Origin: Takakia lepidozioides
Taxonomy: Eukaryota > Plantae > Bryophyta
Length of the DNA: 64,000 nt
Assembly: GCA_030704615.1 (NCBI GenBank)
Contig: CM060731.1
Location: 15,004,001 to 15,068,000 of the forward strand
Reading direction: 5' to 3'
Shown one piece after another: positions 51,445 to 64,000 of this stretch. Made by a program: the position numbers and the translations under genes. Position 1 is the stretch's first letter; each line of letters starts with the position of its first letter. The notes beneath the pieces are model-generated. The model had not been told where the DNA came from, did not search any database, and worked only from the letters and a program-made list of their open reading frames with translations.

Positions 51445-52656
51445 CTGACGTCCCCAAAGTCAGATGTTTTCCTCAGAAAATGTAAATTTGGAACAATCTC
51501 TTGCTACCAAAAAGAAATTGAGCACTCTTTTGAGCAGTTACAATTGCCTCCAAACCACACCAGAGGTTTCGTCCTGAAAAACCCTGTTTGATCTTCGTGG
51601 TGAAGATCAATTTGTGAAATCCGGTATTAAGCTCTTCCAATTACATTCAAACTCCGGAACTCCATACCTTTCTGGGGAGGAAAGTCGGGTACCCCTCAAA
51701 CCTTCCACGATGCGGGCATAGGAATGACATCTTGGAACCTTCGGGGGTACCAATTGCTTCTGGTTATCTACCGACCACATCTAGCTTACTCCAACCAAAT
51801 TCTCTTGTGTGAGATCTTAGCGTTGCACCATTAAAGAGTCAACTAACATTTCCATACGGCTAACTTTTAAGTTTTACCAAGAGGATGAAGGCTTCAACTT
51901 TCAAATGAAGACAGACGGGAAGGGAGAGGGTATAGGTAACTGCGGATGTGAGTGAAGGACATGATGCGTGAACAAGCTCCAATGATCAGACTTTCCTGAA
52001 TGCCATTGCAACTTCTCGACTAGCTTCGCAATGGGCACCGTGGGACTTGCCATCAAAGATCTGACTCCCACCAGAACAGTTGAACGGGATGGAAAGGGAT
52101 GGAAACTGCAATGTCTCATATGCCTAACTGTCCACTGTTCAAAACCCAGGTTAATAAAACATTGTCGATGCCGGCTTGTTGTTGACAATTGTGTCCTGCA
52201 TCCCAAGAGTCAAGTGGGCGCAATTGATCTGGTCTTCGAACTCCAGTATTGATATCCTGTGGGCGATCTGCGCTCGCATAATCGCAGAGTACCATGGCGG
52301 AGCTTTTTCCAGGCATTCTGCTGGACATTGTGGATGATGAATGGCTCTTGGACAAACTGCCACACGATGGTCTTTCTCGATCCCTGTCTCTTTGTCTTAA
52401 ACTGGGACTTTGATTGCCCACGTACTCTCTGTCAGCTTTGTGCAACATCTCGTCTCCTAGCTTTAAAACCGTCTCTCGCATTTAAATCTAAGGGTATGAA
52501 ACAATGCTTTCAATCTTGTGTAGTCTGAATGTATTCTTCAGTTGTAGTCGAACCCTTTCCCTCTCTTCTCTTTCTTACTTCTTTTCGTGCAACGTTTGGT
52601 TTGATTTTGGTTCCACTTCTACTCTATACCTCCTTGGCTCCCGTGGAACTCATAAA

Positions 52657-52658
<2 letters not shown>

Positions 52659-52712
<54 letters not shown>
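52659..52712. repeat. (CT)n microsatellite
   Basis: Direct reading; another (CT)n at ~53154-53199. Confidence 0.9.
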
Positions 52713-52714
<2 letters not shown>

Positions 52715-53151
52715 TCCTTCCTCCTCCAGAGGGAGAGATTGAGATCATGGATTGAGCTCGACCATGATTGCAGCCAGCCTGTCAGATATCTGTGGGACGT
52801 TCTTTACGTCTAGGAGTGAAAGGGGATGTATGAGTGTCAGTCCGTTCACAGTCTAATACTCAGAATCGTTACAACCCTGAGCTTTAATGATTATAGGTGA
52901 AGAATTCCGTACTTGGTAGAATGGTCTCAAGAAAACTACTAATTACAGCTGATTCCATACAGGTACATTTCAGAAATTTTCCAGAGAACTTATCCTTGAT
53001 ACAAGGAAGTCCCAGAACTTACCTACTTGCACTGGTTAGAGTTCTAGGGCCAGGAAAATCGCGACTGATTGAAATGTGGCCTTGATCCGATTGACAGATA
53101 TTCCATTCCCACCTGGCGTCGCACCTCCCGCTGACGAGATTGATGAAACAA

Positions 53152-53203
<52 letters not shown>

Positions 53204-54830
53204 ACATTGTGACTGGTAGTTCAACTTTGACACTGCCATATTGGTCACACTTGGTTCCAGCTAAAGCTAAACTGCAAATGATTTCAGGGTTCACGTTGAT
53301 AGGATTTTTGCTGTGAGGCCCAAAACAGAAATAGTTTTATGTCTATGACCAAGGGCGAGAGAGGCATCAGCATGCTATTTGGGATCTGGGGCACTCAAAT
53401 TTCACACTACAAGGCACTGAAGCTATTACGGGTTATCTGAACGTCACAACAGTATGGATAGAATTCCCTGATTTTGGAAGGGCTGGGTGGATCATTCCAA
53501 TATAGACCACTGCAAATGAACTTGACTCAGGTTGTGGCATTGATGATGCAGTTAAACAAGTGTATCCTCATTCCAGTTACTAATGTTGAGGAAGGAGAGT
53601 TGTGTGGCAGATCAAGAGCAGCAATTAGCGAGCCAGGACAAATGGACAGAACTGGGATTGCACACCATTCAGTGAGCACCTCTAGCATGAATTGCCAGAC
53701 ATATATTCCTGTATGAAGTATTTTAAGCTTTAATTGATGTATATGGGGATTTGCGCCCATCTACTGCTCAGTAACTTGCCGCAGCGTCTTCAGAGGTGTG
53801 ATGAAGCTTTTGGTCTATGACACTTGGGGTTCATGAGCTAGTCATCATGATACTTGCTAAGTTCAGCCAGTAATGCAGTTTCTCCAGGAGTGCCACAGTC
53901 CTTGTTTATACAGTAGTCCCTTGCATTCATGAGTCTTCTTACAAGGATTTGTCATGCAGTCTTACAATGGTAGTACTGATCTTTCTTGCCTTAAGTGGAC
54001 CCAAAAAATTCTCCTTTCTTTTCACTCTATGTCTCAGATCTCCAGTCAGTGGAAAATGTGCAGCAAAGATATGTACAACAACAGAGATTCTATTTACCCT
54101 AGATAGGGGAGCTGAAGTATGACCAAAATATACTACAAGATTCTGCACAGCCTTGGATGAACAAGGATGACTACTTGATACCGTACCTCTTTCTACTATG
54201 TTCCATAGGCTTCAAACACTGGTATCAAATAGATGCTTTGGTAACAATCTGTCTTAAGATACTCGGTATGGTAAGCCCTGCTACTGGGGCATTCTGGTCT
54301 CCTGCAAACCCACCTGTCTCTACTCTGCTCTACAGGTGTATACAAACAATCTTGGGACATGGTCAAGTCAATAGCAACTGCACACATTCTCTTTTTTCTT
54401 CATCCTTTATGACCTCCTCTACCCCATAAGTTTCCCTGTCCCATGAATGGTTTGCAATCGGCTTTGCACAGTTGCTCATGAAGATAAGTACGAACCCTCT
54501 TTTCCCAATATTGAGAGCTTCGAAAATGTGAGGGCATTACTAATACAAGCAGGTCTACTTACTTGTATGAGCACTCTGTTTTCCTTGCATTAGCTAAAAG
54601 TTCTATCCAGTAGCACAATTCCTTGAGACTGTCACAGCCAATAACATATGTGGACTAATTAAGTTTGTTGAAAGGCCCCTAATAACTGCTCTTAGCCCTG
54701 TTCGGGGGCACAATGAGAGACAAAATGCAATATGCCTAAATGCACCTGCACTGCAAGGACAGGCATTCCCCACCAGTTTGTGTGAGAAAGGGCGACAGTT
54801 AGTACCACTGGAGTGTCCTTCAAAGGAAAG

Positions 54831-57800
54831 CTATAGGCCCGACAAATCAAGCTCACTCACTGAAATTTTTTTGTAGTCTAAGTTATTGCGCCAGCGGTGT
54901 GGGAGGAAACACTGGCCACCCCAACGCTGCTGGCAGAAGATGAGCATGGCAAGGAGCAGAGTGCCACAAGGGATGACAATGTCCCATGCAGCAGAGTACA
55001 AGTCCCATTCAGGGTTTGCATACATGTACAGGTTGATATCAGTGGGTATGTATCTAAATGTGCGGCACAGATCATAGATGTGCGGCAGTGACCGGACAGC
55101 TGTTGTTCCAAAGTAGAATAGCTTGGCCAAGGGAGCCTTTTCCTTAACACCCCACAAGACATTTGCTACGACTTGAGGGAAGAGATGGAAATCCAGAACA
55201 AGGCCTGCATATGCCTTCATATCCCACCACCAGCCTTGCTGATTAGCATGCCACTTGAACTCCTTTTCCACTGGCCTGAAACCATTGGACTTATGGACAA
55301 AGCCCGCAATGACCCCAACCACGACATAGAGTGGCAGAACAATGTACAACACACGGTGTTCTTGAATGGCTGGGGCGAGGGTCCCTGCAGCCCGTGCATC
55401 CCACCGTGACTTCCATGCTAAATGAAGGACATGTAGTTGCATCAAAAATGCTATCATGGTTGTGATCCGGACCACCACTTCTTGCACCTCAGGCCAGCCA
55501 CCACTCACTTGCAGTACATTCCTGTATTTTGCCTTTTTTTGGAACAGGGCCTCAAAGTTGAGTACTAGCGGTATCATGTGGGCAAGACAAAGGAGACCCA
55601 ACATGAAAGTAGACATGTAGGGCAGGGTCTCTGGGTAGCGCTTGCTATAGAGAATCTGCAAGAAAATGAAAACCACGGTGAGAGAGAGCATCACTACACT
55701 CATCACAATCTCCAGGTCTTGCCGCCACACAGTGTCTAGGGACTGGACTCGCACTGATCCTGTAAATGTTTCTGTTTTGATATAGAGAGGGTCATTTTCC
55801 TCTCGCAAACTTCTCAAACTGCCCTTGAGCTCCTTCCCAGTCCGATTCGAAGGAGGAAACTGGACACTGAAAAACAATTGGCAGTCTTTTTGGGTGTCTC
55901 CTTCCAGATTTGTTAGCCCCTTTTTATTAAGGTCCACGAACCGGCACCCAATCAAGCAAAGATTTCCTGTAGCAGAATCATATGTACCCTCAGCTGTAAT
56001 GGGTTTGTTCCACAGATCCCCTTCCAAAAGGTCGTAATAGATATAGGAGCTCACACTGACCAATTTCTCTGTCACATTTGGTGGAGACATGGACTGGTTC
56101 CAAAATTGTCCACCAATATTTAAGGGGACCATGCTCACATACCTACTAAGGTTGTGCTTCCCTTCATCCCGTAAAGCATGAAATTGAAGGTCTTGCCAAT
56201 CCAATTTTCTGGGAGACATTGCCTTCCTTGACAACTTCTTTTTGCAATACTTCTCCACTGTCTGAAGCTTGCTGTAGGAGTAATGAAATTTGCCCATCTG
56301 TTTGGAAGACCCAAACTTGTGTCGCTGTCTGAAGGAGAAAGGCTTGAAGTAACGAGAGTCGTTTTCCCCCCTGAGGCTTCTTACTTGCCCTACCACGCCG
56401 TCCTGTTCCGTCACCGTCAGGGTTATTGGAAACTGCATCGTGATAGCAATCTGGCAATCTTCACCACCTGCAGGAAAAAAACAAAAATGAAATCAAAGCC
56501 AATGATCCACAATAATTCTGTTGTATTCTGATGTTAGCAACCATGGTTTGTAAGACAGGAAGGGAGGGTATACAAGATAAAGCAAAGAACAGAAACTCAA
56601 CCCACCACGGAGAGCCAAAGCAGTGACCTTTGGTCAAATATGCTGAAGCTCTTCATTTATTCAAAGGCTGTGTTTTGCAGTGCATGACATACAAACATTT
56701 TCCTTCAGATAAGATGTTCACTTGCAGCAATTTCAAAGTCTGTGAACTTGTTTATGAATACATTGAAAGCTTCCATGTACAGGTTGCTCTCAAAACTAGA
56801 GACACAGACACCATTTACATTCCCACACAACCAAAATCCACCGAAAGTGTAACAGATGATTGTTCAGTGCAGAAATGCATGTTCTTAACACATTGATAGT
56901 CTGTTGGCCGTCGAAATCTGAAAAGTTGACTGTACAAAATTTACAGGATTTAAGTTCTGGCAAGGCCGCATGCTGAATATGCCATTGGACGTTCATTTTT
57001 TTTGGCTAGAACTAGCATTTCTTGCTTCAAGTTTTCACAGTCATCAGAACAAGTAAACAATAAACCTCTGTGTGCATAGTAGCATGTCATAGGCACTTCT
57101 TCACGACTTTGGGCCTCCTTCCCTGACAGGACTGATGAAATCTCTCAGGAAAATAGAATGGAATGCAATGCAATGATTTTCTTTGGAATTTGTCGGGTTT
57201 GATATGTCCCGGGATTGACTAGTGCTGTACATTACTCATGCCATCACACCATCATCCAACACATGAAGTGAAGGAAAAAAAAAAAACCATATGTACAGCC
57301 CAGAAGGTGAAGGATTCCAACAATTGGAACACCATTAGAAAACAAACTTTCAAGCTATTATCTTCGTAATGGGTGGCAGTCAGTCAAGCATCAAAATGTT
57401 CTCATCATGCAACGCTTGCAGTAGTTGAATCTGCAAGATTTACCTTACATAGTCTGCAAATTCACTCACCTGTTGCTCCATTGAGGCAGGCAACCATGCA
57501 CAACTTGCCACTGGTTTTGTCCCATTTGCCCTCAGCTGTAAGAGACCCTTTCGTGGAATCCGGTCCAACCACCCGAGTCTTACCAACCTCTGACCGCCTT
57601 TCGGAGAAGACGAAGATGGCATTCACGAGGTCTCCATAGCAATTATACTGATGAACACCTAGAAAAGCTCTTCCCACATCCCTGCCAATACTCTCAAAAG
57701 GGCTGCAATCATTGCCCCCACACTCTCGATTCCAGGAAACCAGAATGTCCTGGTCAGGCATCCCTGTCCCGGACTTCCAGTCAAACCTACACGGATTATC

Positions 57801-58539
57801 GATCGTGGACACTTCGATGCTTCTTGGAACTAAATTAGACGCGGTCGTCTGCAGACCTTTGACTGTGGCATTCATCGTGTACACATAGGGTCCCTGGTAC
57901 AGTGATGTGATCATAATAGGATCGAAGTACCCATTATCAGTCTGCGGTCGGAGACTTTCCAGCTTGCCAGCTACAAAAGAATCATCTTGTCCCTGATTCT
58001 GGATACTGAAAGGTTAGCTTAATTTTGCAATCCCAGTCCGAATCTGTGCGTCTACATCCAGACAGGCAGAGCTCCCGACTGGCCGAAGAGAACACACCGG
58101 ACCCTACAACTGTAACACTTGGTGCAACTCGTGTACGCGGAATTCCCCTCGTCCCTTTCCGATACACCTGCGTGCTATACCACCGTCTAGTAGTAGCTAT
58201 CGTCACATCTGCCTTTACATTATACACATCTCTGTAGTTTGATGCTGTGGCCGCTCTGATCCACAATGACACTCGTTGAATACCCCGGAATAAAGAGTTA
58301 AAACCCCCCACGAGAAGAGGCCTTTCCCCCTGCGTGTACCCCCCGTTGATTCGTAGTACCTGGACATTCATGAAAGCCGTATCGTCTGAAATGCTCTCCT
58401 TCCATGCACTATCCTCCGAATCGGGAAACACAGGCTTACAATGGTCTTCAAAATCCTGTGCAATCAGTGGCTTCAGCTGCGCCAGAAGAAGCAAAACCCC
58501 CGCAGCCACAAGCAATCTAGCGCAATTGTGGTGCGCCAT
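54831..58539 (-). CDS. DUF2921-family secreted/multi-TM protein, 2 exons (58539-57470, 56467-54831), apparent frameshift near 57985
   Basis: Signal peptide; repeated AEGxWDxxxGxLCMVxC lumenal units; LGLLCLAHMIPLVLNFEALF; AYAGLVLDFHLFPQV; QQRWGG; GT-AG intron 57469-56468. Confidence 0.85.
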
Positions 58540-59111
58540 GGAAGCAAGAGAGAAGAGCTCCAGCGATGGCGGACATGGAGCTCTCACCCCCCTAACCGGA
58601 ACTCGACACTCTCGTTCAAGTCAAACTCTATCTGGCGTGGATGGATAGAATCCTTTTCCGACTGCAAACACATCCGTCCAGTCTGCTAACAGATGTTGTT
58701 ACGTCAGCGTAAACTGTCCGTTGTGCGGGTCGGCGTTGTTATCGATGCTTGGTCCTTTGTTCTTTCCTTTCTTCTTTTACCTTGTTATTTATATTATAGA
58801 GTTTTTCTTGTTTTTTAGGTATTTTTCCCTTTTAAAGTTTTATCAGAATGTTTTACAGCAAGCAGCATATAGTATCCAACCACTGTTGCGGCCCGTACGG
58901 GCCGGCAAGCATGAACAGGGCCCCCTTAGAAAATAAAAAATTGGAACCTCAACCATCATCTAACTAAAAAATCTCTTACTATGCAACAACAACAATTACT
59001 CAAGTACAGAGTAATTGTAAAAAACTCATCTCTCTGGTTGACAGCTACAGGCTTATGGATGAGAAATATCATGATCAGTTTTTTTTTTTTGGGAGAAAGG
59101 GGAGGAAGCCC

Positions 59112-59357
59112 CCTTTTTTTCTTTTTTTTCTTTTTTTTAAGGAAACCTGGGAGCTACTGCTCACAATTCAGGCACTTGAGGAGGGGGAAAATTTAACCCC
59201 CTTTCAGATAAGCCATAGGGCACACAGGAGGGAAACGTCACCACTAGACCAACCGGGTCACGAACAATCCACACACCAGGCAGGGCAGCAGGTTTGAACC
59301 CCGAACCACCAGGGCGACACAAAGTGCACTTACCAGCTGAGCTACCAGCAGATGTTC
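59112..59357 (-). mobile_element. tRNA-derived SINE
   Basis: A box GTAGCTCAGCTGG and B box GGTTCAAACC on minus; A-rich tail; TSD AGGAAGCCC (59103-59111, 59358-59366). Confidence 0.75.
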
Positions 59358-59869
59358 AGGAAGCCCTTGAGAGCTTTCAATATGATGAGCTTCCTAAAAC
59401 AAAACACACAATATAAAACCCCCCCCAAGAAAAACCATCATTGGCTGTTAAAGTTTTTTCTAATTTTTTTCACGAGCAGCCCGGAACCTCACTGATACGA
59501 ATTGGTGGGCTTCATCAGATTTTTTTGACTTAAATATATATATTTGTGGAGGATACATATGCCGTTGATTTCGACTGATGCTGAAAACATATGGACTATA
59601 CCTCTTGCACTAAAAATCTACCACCATAGTCCTCTCCCCTGACCCCTAGTGTTGTTACCTAATTTGAAATGATGTCATCCCTGAGGTGCACATCATATCC
59701 ACCACATGCGACAATTCCGTCCTCTACGCATTGCCAATGGGGATGCCGCTTTTAGCTCCACAATGCAGGACTATAAACGCCTGGGAGACGTTGTCATCCC
59801 CACCGGTGTGTGAGAAAAAGGTAAATATGTTTTGGTCTTTGTACTTGCAGCAACCCTGATGGAAGAAAC

Positions 59870-60097
59870 ATTTTTTATTTTATTTTAAAAGGGAAACACT
59901 TGGGAGCGACAACTCAGGCCCCTTAATAGTGAGAGGAGAAAATAACCTCTTTCACAGTAACTGCACCATGAAGCGTAGAAATGGGACACCGCCCAGGGAA
60001 GGTGGAGAAGAGTATACCACCCCGTCAGGGAGCAGGATTTGACCCCAGAATCATCTTGGTGGCACTCAGTGCACTTAACCAACTGAGCTTCTGACCG
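59870..60097 (-). mobile_element. Second, diverged tRNA-derived SINE
   Basis: AGCTCAGTTGGTTAAGTGCAC..GGGTCAAATCC head and A-rich tail. Confidence 0.55.
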
Positions 60098-60483
60098 TTG
60101 GTAAAACAAATGCAACATCGTCCTCTAATCATGGGAAACAACTTGGTCTTTATCCTTCCCGCATCACCTCCTCATACATCTGCAAAAGCCTCCATATCGC
60201 ATCTGCTATGTATGTCTCCAAGAATCCTTCTAGAGGCGTTAATATTTAAAATAATATTGTTATTCTCCAAAACATTTAATTTTGGCAAAGGGCATACATT
60301 CAACCGTTAGATCCTCATACATCTTACGAAAAAAATAATCATCCTCACATGATTTAACATCCTACGTCGACAACATGATCCACATCACATATCAACATTG
60401 CAACTATAATCTTAATTTTAAAAAAATTAAACCACGTGATATATGAATGTCTGAGTATTCAACACAACTGACCAAGTATTAAC

Positions 60484-60591
60484 CAGTGTTGGGTGGGTAT
60501 ATTGATTTCAATATACCCCGCGGGTCTGGGTTACCCCTTTTCAATTAAAAAAAACAATGGACCCTCCGGGTTAACTACCCGCCCAACGCTG
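60484..60591. mobile_element. hAT-type MITE (108 bp)
   Basis: TIRs CAGTGTTGGGTGGGTA / TACCCGCCCAACGCTG; 8-bp TSD GTATTAAC on both sides. Confidence 0.8.
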
Positions 60592-61499
60592 GTATTAACC
60601 AGTATTGGGCGGACGCAAAGGTGAGAGCCGGACATGCACCAGGGTTTGAACTCGGGTATGTCTAGGCATGACCTGTGGGCCGTCACCTGCTGATGGTTGT
60701 CCCAAGACCTACCTGTCTAGGCAGGTATGGGTTTCCATGGGCCTGCCCAAAGACCAGAATAGGCGGATTAGGGCTTCATGAAACCCGCCAAAAGACATGC
60801 ACATGTGGGTTAGAAGTTTGTGTAGTCGGGTGCAAGCTGGTGATGGTAAAATTTCTTACTAGTGAAATTAAAAGCCTAATGCAGAGGGAAGGAGTAGAAA
60901 ACGATTGCATTTGGGCAAGTGTGTGATGCTCAAAACACGTTTAGGGCTTGATTCTCCTTCCTCTACAAAAACGCCAGTATGAGGGGATGAAAATATGTCT
61001 CTCCCTCATTGCTCGGGAAAGCTTTATTCACACTCTAGATTTCAATGTAAAATGACAATATCAGCTGTCATTTACTACCTATGGACCAATATGAGTGTTT
61101 TATATAGGTGGATTTGTTCTAGTTTAGTACATCTTGTGTTTTTGGGCTTTTGAGGTATCAAATGATACAAAAATATAATCTACAATGGTTTGGTTGTTCA
61201 TTAGCCTGCAACTACCCAAGATCAAGGTGCAGCAAAGATCATGCAGTCATCCTCGAGCCTTCTTCTTCGGAGTGAACTCCACAGACCTGCATTCACCATT
61301 AACACAAAGTTAAAATCAAACTGCAACGTGTCAAATGGAGTAATTCTACAACAGGGACTACCTTAGAGATCTCCTCAACCAAGTGGTGTTGGAGAAGCAG
61401 AAGAGCTCTGTTTCATGCAACCATTTCATAGATCAGATAAGGACCGGCAATTCTTGTGTTGGCCTTGGATTCAATTGGCCCATGCTGAAGTTTAACATG

Positions 61500-62162
61500 T
61501 CATATTGTTTGACCTGCAACAAAAGTGGAAGAGTACACAACCCGCCTATTGTATTGCTTGGATTGAGCAAGCTGGGCTTTGGAGATATTAAACTTTGCAT
61601 CATCCAATGCTCTAGAGTGGTGTGCCTGTAGTTTCACAACATAAGAATCCCAGTCCTCAGGCACAACAATAACATGGTTCAGTGGAGTAAAATGAATGGG
61701 CGAGATACAAGGCCTACCATACAGAAGATCAAAATGAGTTCTGCGAGTACTAGCATGGACAGCAGTCCTATAAGCAAAAATAAGAGGGGGTAGAAGCACA
61801 TCCCATTCGTGAGTCAAAGCCCTATATTTCTCCAACATGAGGCACATGGTTTGGTTGAAGCGTTCCGTAAGTCCATTGCACTGTGGATGGTAAGGTTGGG
61901 TGGTTGCCTGATGTCTGGGCCCATATTGTGGCAATCATCAACATTAACAGGTTGCAAAACTCCTTGCCTTGGTCAGTAAGAATTTCTAAAGGACACCCAT
62001 GTCGTAAGATGATTTCATTGAAGAAAAATTGAGTCACACCGTCACGTCTGTCCATGGATGCCAGAGGCTAAACCTCTACCCACTTGGTTAGATTAATCCT
62101 AGCCACAATTATATAACTATGGCCCTTCGACGTGGGATTCAAAGGTCCAACGAGGTCCATAC
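61500..62162 (-). pseudogene. Degenerate Gypsy integrase fragment (different family)
   Basis: DLVGPL, HGCPLEILTDQGKEF, YHPQCNGLTERFNQT, FAYRTAVHAST. Confidence 0.85.
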
Positions 62163-62762
62163 TGTCACGGACATAGCCCAGAGGAACTTACCAGGAGTAA
62201 ATACCAGAAGTTACCAAGTTATCATGTTATCAAAAGTTACTATGATTTACCATGATTTATCATGATCTACCATGATTTATCATAAGTTACCATTAATTAC
62301 CAAATTATCGGGAGAGTTTATCAAATTACCGAGAGTAACTTGGGAAACTGTTCAGGAAGCTTCCTTTGGAGGAAACTTCTCCATTAAGATATCTCTTATG
62401 TTTAAGGAAACTTCTTCATCGAGAAACCTTCATTGGGGAAGCTTCTTAGGGAACTTCCTAGTAGTCAGTATATATAGGAGGCGAGACTGGACACTCTTCA
62501 GTCTCGCCAACACAAGTTCAAGCTACTCTTGTTTTCAGTCCCAGTATTCCAGTTCAGTTTCCAATATCTGGCACTCTAGTCCAGTTTCCTACATTCCAGT
62601 GTTCAAGTCAAGTTCCAGTATCTTGTACTTTTGTCCATTGTTGTAAAGGTCATCTTGATTCATATTTACTCATTATGCATTCGGGGGGGTTGCAAATCCA
62701 TGAGCATGAGCGGTGAACGCATGAGCATGAGCAGAGTTTCCCGACCCTCCCCCGAACCTATA
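62163..62762 (+). repeat. Probable LTR interrupting the integrase remnant
   Basis: Begins TGTCAC exactly where integrase homology stops; contains CATGATTTA tandems and a TATATAT box; no partner LTR in the window. Confidence 0.45.
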
Positions 62763-64000
62763 CCGAACCTAATCGAAGGTGGATATGAGCAACCAAAACT
62801 GCCGACTTAATGCATCTTGATAACAGTCCACGGAAAATAGGAGGTGGAACGCCTATGACCGTGGCCTGCAGGTGAGTTATTGTAGTCACCACCTTCATAA
62901 TTGGCAAGTCCGTACGGCGATGTTGGGTGTTATGGTCGCCACCGACTATATCATCCCCAGTCAAAGCTGGACCTAAGCTGGACCTGAACTGTTGTGTTTA
63001 TATCTACATAGTTCAAAGCTACTTGTTCTTGAAGTGTGATTGTCTATGAGGGAAGGAGTGTGAGCTTGGAAAGTAAAATATTTGGGCATTGTTGTTGTCA
63101 TGTCATGGCAACGGTCTTCACATCAATGAGCAGAGTAGTGAACTGATTCATTTGGATATTTGTCCCCGGTAATTTATGGCTTCAGCAAACCAGGCTCAGC
63201 ACTCCAGCAATTCCAAACCAGGGGAATGTGAAGGGTTGGAGGATGGCGAGGATGTGAAGCCAACATCTGACATTTAAGAAGTCTGAACATCCACATTGAA
63301 GTAAAATTATACGCAACATTCAATTACACCCATATCACTATACGATATTTTCCAAATGATTCAGCTCATCAGATAAACCCCTTTGTGTCTGCATTCCAAG
63401 AAAAGCAAATGCAACTACCTAACATTCGGATTATCAGGGTCCTCACCATACTCCGACGTTATGTCCTGCAACACCCCAGAAACTATTGTTGCGGGGGAGG
63501 GACCCGAGAGCAAGTCGAGGCCAAGTCTTAAACTGATCTTTGGGCTAGGAGTCCTCTTCTCACCAACGACCTCGTCAACACACTCTTCCTCGGAGCCTTC
63601 CTCGGTCGTTGGATCCTCGCTTTCCGATCTCTCTACTGCAGAATTCTCAAAATAGTTCCGTACCGTTGCAAATTGTGCAACAGCCCTCACCTGTGCTGGC
63701 CATTGTGTCTACTGAGACATTCTTGTCCACGGTTGTTCAGCCTGAGCATGCGCTTCTGCTGCCGCATAGGGAGACAAGTCGTACCCTTTCTCCGGAGTAG
63801 TTAGAGCAGCAACATGTTAAAGCATTTTCAACCTCTTCTCCCTACCAACGTCCGCCCTCCCGAAATCCGTGGAAGACCCTGGAATCCCCATGATGTCCTC
63901 AGCGGAACGCTTCGCAATCTACAAGGGCGGCTCGTAACTGCAATTACGACATAACATATTAGATCATATTTTGCAAGAATGATGATTTGGGGAAATGGGA

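Noticed and set aside
51900-52480. Exon-like ORF 52116..52481
   Set aside because: No recognisable homology; cannot be linked to CLUAP1
59290-59350. tRNA gene
   Set aside because: A/B boxes are present but there is no acceptor stem; it has a body, A-rich tail and TSD, so it is a SINE
62763-64000. ORFs 63383..63800
   Set aside because: Low-information, unrecognised; possibly TE-derived but unsupported

Overview
Repeat-dense eukaryotic nuclear DNA, most likely a non-seed land plant with flagellated sperm. This is inferred from a plant DUF2921 gene, a plant UGT fragment and a degenerate IFT38/CLUAP1 gene. The first 35 kb hold three copies of one unusual Ty3/Gypsy family: G1 (minus, <1..~21174), G2 (plus, 4903..15973, nested in G1) and G3 (plus, 22110..34783). 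Their polyprotein reads Gag-PR-[DNMT3-like C5 cytosine methyltransferase]-RT-RH-IN-PHD. G2 and G3 lack normal paired LTRs and are circularly permuted. The canonical TG..CA LTR is complete only at the 3' side. In G3 it is followed by an exact 2-LTR circle junction (CA-ct-at-TG). Both copies are opened at the same palindromic site inside the LTR (GACA-gc-TGTC) and have 4-bp TSDs with one mismatch each. They also carry a Tf1-like self-priming PBS and copy-specific 5' cargo. The rest of the window has a full-length Copia with TA..TA termini, a 5'-truncated LINE, a CLUAP1 pseudogene, a DUF2921 gene, two SINEs, a hAT MITE, a CACTA end and Gypsy remnants. Many frameshifts fall in homopolymers and may be assembly errors. 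All calls come from reading the sequence by eye; no searches were run.
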